The notes under the pieces were generated by a model, which saw nothing but the letters and a program-made list of their open reading frames with translations, was not told where the DNA came from and did no database searches. A program made the translations under genes and the position numbers. Below are positions 1 through 5,736 of a DNA stretch of 17,390 nt, one piece after another; positions within the stretch are counted from its first letter, which is position 1, and each line of letters starts with the position of its first letter. The stretch is from a virus: the UHGV virus genome UHGV-0137727. The stretch is one strand, 5' to 3'.

Positions 1-1
1 A

Positions 2-166
2 CCGGGCGGTGATGGTGCAATGGCGATAACTGGCGATGATGATAAAGTTTATTTCGCTTATGTTAGCCATATCAATAACGCCGCTGGTTTGTATATTTAT
101 CGCATAGTGCATGATTTCCGTGAGATCGCGGAGTTTTGCGCCCGCGAAGGCAGTAAACCGGAATAA
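2..166 (+). CDS. 3' end of an upstream gene (partial, hypothetical protein)
   Basis: Open frame runs from the window edge to TAA at 164-166 (…GLYIYRIVHDFREIAEFCAREGSKPE*). Next gene starts 11 nt downstream with an SD. No recognisable motif. Confidence 0.35.
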   Translation, partial: PGGDGAMAITGDDDKVYFAYVSHINNAAGLYIYRIVHDFREIAEFCAREGSKPE

Positions 167-176
167 GTGAGGTGCT

Positions 177-416
177 ATGAATCGGAAACATAGATACCAG
201 TGCACATACTCACGATGCAGCGCGTTTTTTAAGAATGGCAAGATCTACGAGGTTGACGCGGCATTGGTTGACGCAAAGGATCAGGAATATATTCATGCCA
301 TTACTGACGACCAGGGGCAGTTATGGCGATTTTATAAGATGGGTTGTGGCACGGCGCTTGTTTATGCGCGTGCTGGTGGTGGTGCTTTTGCTGCGTTTTC
401 GTATGTAGGGGTATGA
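177..416 (+). CDS. hypothetical protein (79 aa)
   Basis: ORF-track ORF. SD GAGGTG at 168-173 precedes ATG 177. Stop overlaps the next start (ATGA). Gly/Ala-rich C-terminus. Confidence 0.55.
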   Translation: MNRKHRYQCTYSRCSAFFKNGKIYEVDAALVDAKDQEYIHAITDDQGQLWRFYKMGCGTALVYARAGGGAFAAFSYVGV

Positions 417-637
417 AAATGATTTTAACGTGTAACGAATCGAAATTGGGCTGTTTTGAGGAAGGCGTACAGTACACGGCTGAAAAACCGATGGGATTGT
501 CTCCTAAATTTCCGTTTATCGTCGTGACTGACACTTACGGTCACTTATGGTATGCAGGGCCGCTAGGCGGTATTGGTCGTTATGTTGTCCGTAGTTCGGA
601 TGGGGCGATGAAGGTTACTTTTACGGAAGAAGCATAA
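413..637 (+). CDS. hypothetical protein (74 aa)
   Basis: In frame with track ORF 344..637 but the start is placed at ATG 413 (MKMILTCNE…), overlapping the upstream stop as ATGA (translational coupling). The Cys/Trp-rich 344 extension has no SD and is judged spurious. Confidence 0.55.
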   Translation: MKMILTCNESKLGCFEEGVQYTAEKPMGLSPKFPFIVVTDTYGHLWYAGPLGGIGRYVVRSSDGAMKVTFTEEA

Positions 638-662
638 ATGTGATCTACCCTTCAAAGTTTAC

Positions 663-692
663 AAAATGGCATTGTTCTGGTGGCGCCATTTT
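663..692 (+). terminator. hairpin (8 bp stem AAAATGGC/GCCATTTT, 14 nt loop) followed by a T-rich tract; possible weak terminator or attenuator
   Basis: Inverted repeat read directly, lying between the stop at 637 and the SD of the gene at 736. The stem is AT-rich, so termination efficiency is doubtful. Confidence 0.25.
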
Positions 693-735
693 GTTATAAA
701 GAAGCTGAAGAGAGAACGATGCGGAGGGTAGAAAA

Positions 736-1008
736 ATGAAACGCTGGATTAACGAAGAAACAAAAGCCCGCTTCAATGCAATTTGGGATCTGATTGAAAA
801 AGAGGACGGCGTTTCTAGTCCCTACCTGAACAATCTTGAGTTCCACTATGTAGAAGCGATGAACGCAGAGCATGACCACCAAGTCGGTGCTGATGAATTC
901 GCCAAAAAATACGGCTTCGATGATGCAAACCATATGATTAACAACGTGGTGATGCAGGCAGAGGAAGACTACGAATGCAAATCACTTGAATTCGCACGTA
1001 TGGCATAA
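736..1008 (+). CDS. hypothetical protein (90 aa)
   Basis: ORF-track ORF. Strong SD GGAGGG at 723-728, 7 nt before ATG 736. Confidence 0.6.
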   Translation: MKRWINEETKARFNAIWDLIEKEDGVSSPYLNNLEFHYVEAMNAEHDHQVGADEFAKKYGFDDANHMINNVVMQAEEDYECKSLEFARMA

Positions 1009-1018
1009 GGGGGAAACC

Positions 1019-1159
1019 ATGAACGCTAACGCTAAATATCCGGCCTGGGTTTTCGAACTGTACGCAAGATACTTTGAATTACTGGCACAAGGTGAAGAAG
1101 CATTAAGCATTGACGAGTACGCGGAGTGCTTAGGGTTTAAAGGAGGCGAAGAAGCATAA
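1019..1159 (+). CDS. small hypothetical protein (46 aa)
   Basis: Not in the ORF track (under 60 aa). ATG 1019 is preceded by SD AAGGGGG. Translates MNANAKYPAWVFELYARYFELLAQGEEALSIDEYAECLGFKGGEEA*. Fills an otherwise unexplained gap between flanking genes. Confidence 0.5.
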   Translation: MNANAKYPAWVFELYARYFELLAQGEEALSIDEYAECLGFKGGEEA

Positions 1160-1202
1160 AACACGGGGCAGGATGGCCCCATCAAATCAGAAGGGTGTAA
1201 TC

Positions 1203-1502
1203 ATGAAAAGCGCTAAATTTATTGCTTGCTGTTTTGTTGAAGTTCCTAACGATGATGTTTTCTGTAATTATGAATTTAAAGACAGCTTAGGCAGATCTCA
1301 CATTGTTGTTGGCAAACGTGGTGACTGGTTATATATCACTGATGGAGACAGGATCTTCACTAAAAACCAGTTGTTAATAATAAAGTCAAAAAATGATGAA
1401 ATACAGGTCGGTATTATGGGGATCATAAGTTATCACGCCAGTTTATTGTTAAAACACGATGTGGTAAATAAAGCGCGTAGCTTACCTGGTGCTGAATTTT
1501 AA
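1203..1502 (+). CDS. hypothetical protein (100 aa from ATG 1203; the frame is open from ATG 1173)
   Basis: ORF-track ORF 1173..1502. The internal ATG 1203 has the better SD (AAGGGTG, about 6 nt spacing). Start is uncertain between 1173 and 1203. Confidence 0.55.
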   Translation: MKSAKFIACCFVEVPNDDVFCNYEFKDSLGRSHIVVGKRGDWLYITDGDRIFTKNQLLIIKSKNDEIQVGIMGIISYHASLLLKHDVVNKARSLPGAEF

Positions 1503-1525
1503 TTCCTTACGAAGGAGAATAATCA

Positions 1526-1849
1526 ATGTCTAAATTTATCAGTGTTAAAGTTTTCCGTGGATCTTTTCCAGAAGATAAAGAAATTGGACAATTCGCAGGT
1601 AAACGCGGCGCATGTTTCCGTGTGGCTACTGAAGACGACGCGCACGTTAAACGCTTCCACGTATCTGAACCGCCTTTTGACGCAGACCATCTTGAAGACC
1701 TGGATAGAATTAAAAGCCTAGTTTTTGCCTATCTGATGTTCCAGGGTATCGCTGATATGGAAGTGGAATTGCTTGGCGCTGAACTGGTTGCAGAATACAA
1801 AATGACTGAAGCAGAAAACAGAGGGGTTGAAATTGAGCGCATCAAATAA
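1526..1849 (+). CDS. hypothetical protein (107 aa)
   Basis: ORF-track ORF. Strong SD AAGGAG upstream of ATG 1526. Confidence 0.6.
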   Translation: MSKFISVKVFRGSFPEDKEIGQFAGKRGACFRVATEDDAHVKRFHVSEPPFDADHLEDLDRIKSLVFAYLMFQGIADMEVELLGAELVAEYKMTEAENRGVEIERIK

Positions 1850-2084
1850 GCTGTATAAAGTCAGATGTAAACGCGAATACCCTGGCTTTACGATTGGTTG
1901 CGAATATCTGGGCCATATTGGGTACGGCCCTTTCGGTGAGTTGGGAATGAATACGATTGACGACGACGGCGACAGCAGGACGCTCGATCTTGATACGGAT
2001 GACTTCGAATATATCCCTCCAGTTACTTACCGTGCCGTAGATGATTTCCTGGCTGAACAAGAAGATGATGAAGAGGATGATTAA
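1833..2084 (+). CDS. hypothetical acidic protein (about 83 aa, TTG start)
   Basis: Track ORF 1827..2084. No in-frame ATG near the 5' end; TTG at 1833 sits 6 nt after GAGGGG. Overlaps the 3' end of the upstream gene in another frame. Strongly acidic C-terminus (EQEDDEEDD). Confidence 0.4.
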   Translation: MSASNKLYKVRCKREYPGFTIGCEYLGHIGYGPFGELGMNTIDDDGDSRTLDLDTDDFEYIPPVTYRAVDDFLAEQEDDEEDD

Positions 2085-2086
2085 CT

Positions 2087-2227
2087 ATGGATGACGAATA
2101 CGTTAACAATTTTATTGTTATGTTTCTTAGTGAGAACTGGCGCATGTTTGAACATTATTGTTTTGAGCGCGGGGAAAATGCTGAAGAAATCTATCAATAT
2201 TTAGGCGGGGAGAAAGAGGATGATTGA
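2087..2227 (+). CDS. small hypothetical protein (46 aa)
   Basis: Not in the ORF track. ATG 2087 with SD GAGGA 9 nt upstream. Translates MDDEYVNNFIVMFLSENWRMFEHYCFERGENAEEIYQYLGGEKEDD*. Its 3' end overlaps the start of the next gene by 8 nt. Confidence 0.45.
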   Translation: MDDEYVNNFIVMFLSENWRMFEHYCFERGENAEEIYQYLGGEKEDD

Positions 2228-2420
2228 ATGTCTTATCTTTGCTGTATTTCTCCTTTATATCGCTGGCGCTATCCTGATGTCTTGTTTCATCAAATGTAAC
2301 GATCTCGATCGTGGTGGCCTTGAGATTCCTTTCTGGCCTGTAGCGGTGTTTATCGCTTTCTTCGGTGCAACGCTAGTGCAGATTAAGCGAGCCATTAAGG
2401 AGCGTAAAAATGGGAAATAG
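2220..2420 (+). CDS. small membrane protein (66 aa, two predicted hydrophobic helices)
   Basis: ORF-track ORF with SD GGGGAGAAAGAGG upstream. Hydrophobic stretches CLIFAVFLLYIAGAILMSCFI and IPFWPVAVFIAFFGATLV, basic C-terminus. Confidence 0.55.
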   Translation: MIECLIFAVFLLYIAGAILMSCFIKCNDLDRGGLEIPFWPVAVFIAFFGATLVQIKRAIKERKNGK

Positions 2421-2634
2421 CGACCATCAATATGACGGCGTTTATCAGTCATTGGTGTCACGCGCTTATTATCGCCTTGAAGGTGAACACGTAATGATGC
2501 GATCACGCCAGTTTGAACCGTGGCATGAAACGGTTTTACCTGTGACAGCGAAAGAAGTTATCACGATGTTTAATCACGGACATTGGAGCAAGATTGGCGA
2601 TATTAAGTTCAGGATGTTTAAAGAGGGCGGTTAA
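2410..2634 (+). CDS. hypothetical protein (74 aa), paralog 1 of a tandem triplet
   Basis: ORF-track ORF with SD AGGAG. Shares DG(V/I)Y … Y-R-(L/V)-EG … W … NG/HG motifs with the next two genes. Confidence 0.6.
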   Translation: MGNSDHQYDGVYQSLVSRAYYRLEGEHVMMRSRQFEPWHETVLPVTAKEVITMFNHGHWSKIGDIKFRMFKEGG

Positions 2635-2817
2635 ATGATTGAAGATGGTATATACGCCGTGAACCTCATTGATGAAATGTTTTACCGCGTGGAGGGTAAT
2701 GATATTCGTATCAGTATCGATGGTGGCGAGTGGAAAGAGCCATTCATGGATATGACGCGGGAAATAATTGAAATCATGCTTTATAACGGCGACGTGGTGA
2801 AGGTTAGCGACCTGTGA
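2635..2817 (+). CDS. hypothetical protein (60 aa), paralog 2 of a tandem triplet
   Basis: ORF-track ORF with SD AAAGAGGG. N-terminus MIEDGIY and motif YRVEGNDIRI match the neighbours. Confidence 0.6.
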   Translation: MIEDGIYAVNLIDEMFYRVEGNDIRISIDGGEWKEPFMDMTREIIEIMLYNGDVVKVSDL

Positions 2818-2990
2818 ACGAGATCGAAGATGGCATCTATTTACATAAGGTATTTAACATCGCCTATTTGGTTAGAGGTGAATCGGTGATGATAAGACCT
2901 GATGATGTTCCTTATTGGGAATTAAGCGACATGGATCGGTGGCATATGCAAACATTGCTTGATAATGGCCTGATATATAGAAAGCCGTAA
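2814..2990 (+). CDS. hypothetical protein (58 aa, GTG start), paralog 3 of a tandem triplet
   Basis: Not in the ORF track. GTG 2814 overlaps the upstream stop (GTGA). Translates VNEIEDGIYLHKVFNIAYLVRGESVMIRPDDVPYWELSDMDRWHMQTLLDNGLIYRKP*. The IEDGIY N-terminus matching paralog 2 supports both the gene and the GTG start. Confidence 0.5.
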   Translation: MNEIEDGIYLHKVFNIAYLVRGESVMIRPDDVPYWELSDMDRWHMQTLLDNGLIYRKP

Positions 2991-2998
2991 CGCCGTAT

Positions 2999-3027
2999 TT
3001 GTAGGTCGTAAACAAACAGATTAAAAT
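2999..3027 (+). promoter_or_regulatory. candidate sigma70-type promoter (-35 TTGTAG, 17 nt spacer, -10 TAAAAT)
   Basis: Hexamers read directly from the sequence. Lies just upstream of a terminator hairpin and the lysis cassette. Not validated. Confidence 0.3.
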
Positions 3028-3055
3028 ATTCTCTAACAATGCGAAACTATAACTA

Positions 3056-3077
3056 CCCGGCCCCGCGCCGGGTTTTT
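3056..3077 (+). terminator. rho-independent terminator (stem CCCGGC/GCCGGG, loop CCCGC, then TTTTT)
   Basis: GC-rich hairpin followed by a T-run, 20 nt upstream of the holin start. Confidence 0.55.
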
Positions 3078-3097
3078 GCTTTGTTGGAGGAAAATCT

Positions 3098-3298
3098 ATG
3101 TTCGACAGAATACGGGAGGCGTGCGCGTATGTGACTGGGGCCGTAACTGCTTTTTTCGGCGCGATAACCATCAATGATATTGCCGTCTTTGTGGGTATCT
3201 TATCAACCGTAGGCACATTTGCCGTTAACTATTACTTCAAATCACAGGAGAACAAGCGGGCGCAAGAGGAACACGACGCGCGAATGGGGAATAAGTAA
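3098..3298 (+). CDS. holin, class II / pinholin-like (66 aa, two TMDs)
   Basis: SD GGAGG 7 nt before ATG. Two hydrophobic helices and a charged C-terminal tail (KSQENKRAQEEHDARMGNK). Immediately precedes the endolysin start (TAAATG). Pairing with a SAR endolysin is typical of pinholins. Confidence 0.7.
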   Translation: MFDRIREACAYVTGAVTAFFGAITINDIAVFVGILSTVGTFAVNYYFKSQENKRAQEEHDARMGNK

Positions 3299-3787
3299 AT
3301 GATTAGCCAATCGCTGAAAAACAAGATTGTTGCGGCGGCTGGTGGGGCGATCGCTATTGCGGCGGTGATGATAAAAGATCTTGAAGGCGTTGAGTATAAG
3401 CCATACAGAGATGTCATCGGTGTTTACACGATATGTTATGGACACGTCGGAAAAGACATCATGCTTGGTAAGACTTACACGCAATCAGAATGCGATGCTT
3501 TATTAAATAAAGATCTACACAAGACCGCAAAAGCGATTGACCCATATATCAAAGTCGAAATATCAGATTTTACCCGCGCAGCACTTTATTCATTCGCCTA
3601 TAACGTAGGCGCTACCAACTTCAAAACATCAACCTTACTAAAACTACTCAATGACGGCAAGAAATCAGAAGCGTGCGCACAGCTTAAACGCTGGGTATAC
3701 GCTGGCGGTAAGAAGTGGCAAGGCCTGGTAAACCGCCGCGAGGTTGAATATGCCGTTTGCGAATGGGGGGAAACGTGGACAAGGTGA
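3299..3787 (+). CDS. SAR endolysin (glycoside hydrolase family 24 lysozyme with N-terminal signal-anchor-release domain)
   Basis: N-terminal Gly/Ala-rich weak [19 protein letters not shown]. Catalytic spacing E29-x8-D38-x5-T44 ([23 protein letters not shown]) is characteristic of T4-type lysozymes. From memory the protein closely resembles the phage P21 R21 SAR endolysin. Confidence 0.9.
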   Translation: MISQSLKNKIVAAAGGAIAIAAVMIKDLEGVEYKPYRDVIGVYTICYGHVGKDIMLGKTYTQSECDALLNKDLHKTAKAIDPYIKVEISDFTRAALYSFAYNVGATNFKTSTLLKLLNDGKKSEACAQLKRWVYAGGKKWQGLVNRREVEYAVCEWGETWTR

Positions 3788-4245
3788 AGGCGTTAATTAT
3801 CGCCGCTGTTGTTTGCATTATTGCCGGACTGACCGCCGTAACATGTTATTACCAGGGTGAGGCGGCAAGGTTACAGGAAGAAGTCACGGTAACGAAAGGC
3901 GCACTGAAAACGGCAAGTAACACTATTCAGCAGATGAAGGAGCGAAACGCCGAACTGTCAAAACTTGATAAGAGGTATCACGATGAGATTAAAGCTATCA
4001 GATCTGACATTGCCGATCTGCGCACTGGCATTGATAACGGCACTATCAGGCTGCGCGTCAACGCAATACCCGTGCGAGTGTCCGACTCCGCCGAATCCGC
4101 CAGCCGCATTGATGGAGCCTCCTGTAGACTCACTCCCGACGCTGAATCGGCTTATCTATCCCTCAGAGAACAACTAAAAACGAAAGACGCTCAGATTACT
4201 GGTCTTCAGGACTACATCAAAACTCAGTGCTTACGCAAAGAATAA
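3757..4245 (+). CDS. Rz: i-spanin (Rz-like)
   Basis: Sits directly after the endolysin. N-terminal [24 protein letters not shown] followed by a charged, coiled-coil-like periplasmic domain. Contains an embedded lipoprotein gene in the +1 frame. The exact start (ATG 3757/3763 or GTG 3775/3784) is uncertain. Confidence 0.75.
   Translation: MRMGGNVDKVKALIIAAVVCIIAGLTAVTCYYQGEAARLQEEVTVTKGALKTASNTIQQMKERNAELSKLDKRYHDEIKAIRSDIADLRTGIDNGTIRLRVNAIPVRVSDSAESASRIDGASCRLTPDAESAYLSLREQLKTKDAQITGLQDYIKTQCLRKE
3983..4177 (+). CDS. Rz1: o-spanin (Rz1-like outer-membrane lipoprotein), embedded in Rz in the +1 frame
   Basis: ATG 3983 with SD AGAGGT 6 nt upstream. Signal peptide [23 protein letters not shown] with lipobox LSGC. 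Proline-rich mature part ([18 protein letters not shown]). Lies wholly inside the Rz ORF. Confidence 0.75.
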   Translation: MRLKLSDLTLPICALALITALSGCASTQYPCECPTPPNPPAALMEPPVDSLPTLNRLIYPSENN

Positions 4246-4523
4246 CAGCGCGTGGACGTGTCGCCGTTTCTGCCAGCCAGCCATAACCAGGCCAATCCTT
4301 CCCGCGAGCGACGGCGGAAATTCAAAAACACGTAATACCGGATCAACAGTCCCATTAACAGGTCAGGCGCTACCTGGGTAGAAGAAAGCGCCACCCACCT
4401 ATTTTATAAAATTCTGAAAACGGTACTCATGCAGCGCCGTTTTTAGTGTTTTATAGCTGTTTTCACTCCCTGCGGTGTCGAGTTTTGCGGGGGTTATATT
4501 TTTCAGAATAGGAGATTATTCTG

Positions 4524-5066
4524 ATGGCTAAGGCTAAAGGCATTAAGTTGCCTCACTTCAAGATCCCGCTTTTTGAGCATACCACTGTTTTCTTTTGCCC
4601 GACCCGCGAGATGTTCTATGAATTTTGCGAAAAGGCAGGAATTCCGATTGAACCTGATTTCGAGTTGGCTGGAGGATTAACGCTTACTTGCACTGGCGAG
4701 AATGGTGGTAACTTCTACGTGATCGCAGTATTCAACAATGAGTTGGGAACGCTGGTCCATGAATGCGCCCACACTACATTCCACGTTTTAAGTGATGTAG
4801 GCGTCGTGGCTACCACGGATCCTACCCATCCGGCGAATGAGACTTACGCTTACATGGTAGACCGTATCTTCGATGCGTTTTTCCCTATCATAGCAGAATC
4901 AAACGAAGCACAGGTTGCAGCAATGCAGGCGGCAGAAGTCGTCGATCAGGCGCTGGAACAGGCAGAACAGCCGAAGGAAGAGGAAAAACCCGCGAAGAAA
5001 GGCAAACGTAAGCCCAAAGCAAAAGAAGCGTATGTGCCGCGCGTAATGAGCTTTAAACGAGGCTGA
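4524..5066 (+). CDS. putative zinc-metallopeptidase-like protein (HExxH motif) with lysine-rich basic C-terminal tail
   Basis: ORF-track ORF with SD AGGAG 9 nt upstream. Motif LVHECAHTTFH (H79-E-x-x-H83) with a downstream Glu (ANETYAY) as candidate third ligand. C-terminus EEEKPAKKGKRKPKAKEAYVPR. Family not identified. Confidence 0.65.
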   Translation: MAKAKGIKLPHFKIPLFEHTTVFFCPTREMFYEFCEKAGIPIEPDFELAGGLTLTCTGENGGNFYVIAVFNNELGTLVHECAHTTFHVLSDVGVVATTDPTHPANETYAYMVDRIFDAFFPIIAESNEAQVAAMQAAEVVDQALEQAEQPKEEEKPAKKGKRKPKAKEAYVPRVMSFKRG

Positions 5067-5068
5067 TT

Positions 5069-5158
5069 ATGATTGCGTCAATATTAACGTTTATGGGTGG
5101 CGTGGCGTTCGGATTCATTATTTGCCTGTTTATGGTGATTATGTCTATGCGAGGCTGA
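5069..5158 (+). CDS. micro-ORF 1 of hydrophobic peptide array (29 aa)
   Basis: MIASILTFMGGVAFGFIICLFMVIMSMRG*. SD GAGG 7 nt upstream. The junction GAGGCTGATTATG is duplicated at the next ORF. Confidence 0.4.
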   Translation: MIASILTFMGGVAFGFIICLFMVIMSMRG

Positions 5159-5160
5159 TT

Positions 5161-5256
5161 ATGGACGCTTACATCATCGCCGGATTAATTGGTATTTCTG
5201 TATTTCTGGTGAGTTTTGTTATTGCCGTACTGATAACCGTAAAAAGCAAGTATTAG
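5161..5256 (+). CDS. micro-ORF 2 of hydrophobic peptide array (31 aa)
   Basis: MDAYIIAGLIGISVFLVSFVIAVLITVKSKY*. SD GAGG 6 nt upstream. Single hydrophobic helix with basic C-terminus. Confidence 0.4.
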   Translation: MDAYIIAGLIGISVFLVSFVIAVLITVKSKY

Positions 5257-5269
5257 ATGGGGTGGCAAG

Positions 5270-5344
5270 ATGATTGACCCGCTAATTATCCTTTCTGCCT
5301 GCGTCGCTGTATGGCTGGCGATCATGATATTCATTGAAAGCTGA
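5270..5344 (+). CDS. micro-ORF 3 of hydrophobic peptide array (24 aa)
   Basis: MIDPLIILSACVAVWLAIMIFIES*. G-rich SD-like sequence GGGGTGG upstream. Confidence 0.35.
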   Translation: MIDPLIILSACVAVWLAIMIFIES

Positions 5345-5437
5345 AGGTATTCACCATAAATATTTACGATCTCATCTGGTGGTCGTTGGTCGCCGTCATT
5401 ATCTATTTCTGGTGGAAGAATGTTGTATAGGTGAAGC

Positions 5438-5518
5438 ATGAACGCATACGAAATGCTATTGCTGGTGGCTGTTATTACAGTTATTGCCGTAGATGTTTAT
5501 CGGGAGTTTAAAAAATGA
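5438..5518 (+). CDS. micro-ORF 4 of hydrophobic peptide array (26 aa)
   Basis: MNAYEMLLLVAVITVIAVDVYREFKK*. Upstream AGGTGAAGC-ATGAACGC is repeated at micro-ORF 6. Stop overlaps the next start (ATGA). Confidence 0.4.
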   Translation: MNAYEMLLLVAVITVIAVDVYREFKK

Positions 5519-5583
5519 AATGGCTTGATTTCTTTTTCCTGGTCGTTGCGATTGTTCTCACTATGACCGCGCTTGCTCAATAG
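5515..5583 (+). CDS. micro-ORF 5 of hydrophobic peptide array (22 aa)
   Basis: MKWLDFFFLVVAIVLTMTALAQ*. SD GGGAG upstream. Start overlaps the stop of micro-ORF 4. Confidence 0.4.
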   Translation: MKWLDFFFLVVAIVLTMTALAQ

Positions 5584-5591
5584 GTGAAAGC

Positions 5592-5666
5592 ATGAACGCT
5601 ATTGATATTATGTTGATCGTGTGTACCGTTGCATTAGTTATTATTGGGGTGATTATCAATGTCTGA
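5592..5666 (+). CDS. micro-ORF 6 of hydrophobic peptide array (24 aa)
   Basis: MNAIDIMLIVCTVALVIIGVIINV*. Upstream TAGGTGAAAGC-ATGAACGC repeats the context of micro-ORF 4; both begin MNA. Confidence 0.4.
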   Translation: MNAIDIMLIVCTVALVIIGVIINV

Positions 5667-5727
5667 TGGTGATTTCTTAATCATGGCTATATGCACGCTG
5701 TTAACTGTTATTGTTTTCTTCGCGTAA
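5659..5727 (+). CDS. micro-ORF 7 of hydrophobic peptide array (22 aa)
   Basis: MSDGDFLIMAICTLLTVIVFFA*. SD GGGGTG 8 nt upstream. Overlaps the end of micro-ORF 6 by 8 nt. Confidence 0.3.
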   Translation: MSDGDFLIMAICTLLTVIVFFA

Positions 5728-5736
5728 AGGTAAACA

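Noticed and set aside
344-412. N-terminal extension of the ORF at 344..637 (Cys/Trp-rich MWHGACLCACWWWCFCC…)
   Set aside because: No SD. It overlaps the 3' end of the preceding gene, and the downstream ATG at 413 is coupled to the upstream stop. The extension looks like an out-of-frame read of the neighbouring gene.
694-1185. Minus-strand ORFs 694..933 and 982..1185
   Set aside because: Antisense to + strand genes that have clear SDs (736..1008, 1019..1159). No SD context of their own. Judged shadow ORFs.
2872-3484. Minus-strand ORFs 2872..3216, 3232..3417 and 3242..3484
   Set aside because: They lie antisense to the third paralog, the promoter/terminator leader, the holin and the endolysin start, all of which have strong + strand support. 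Judged spurious.
4246-4523. Possible tRNA gene in the noncoding gap after Rz
   Set aside because: No T-loop-like GGTTCGA/GTTCAAATC motif or cloverleaf-compatible pairing could be found by eye anywhere in the window.
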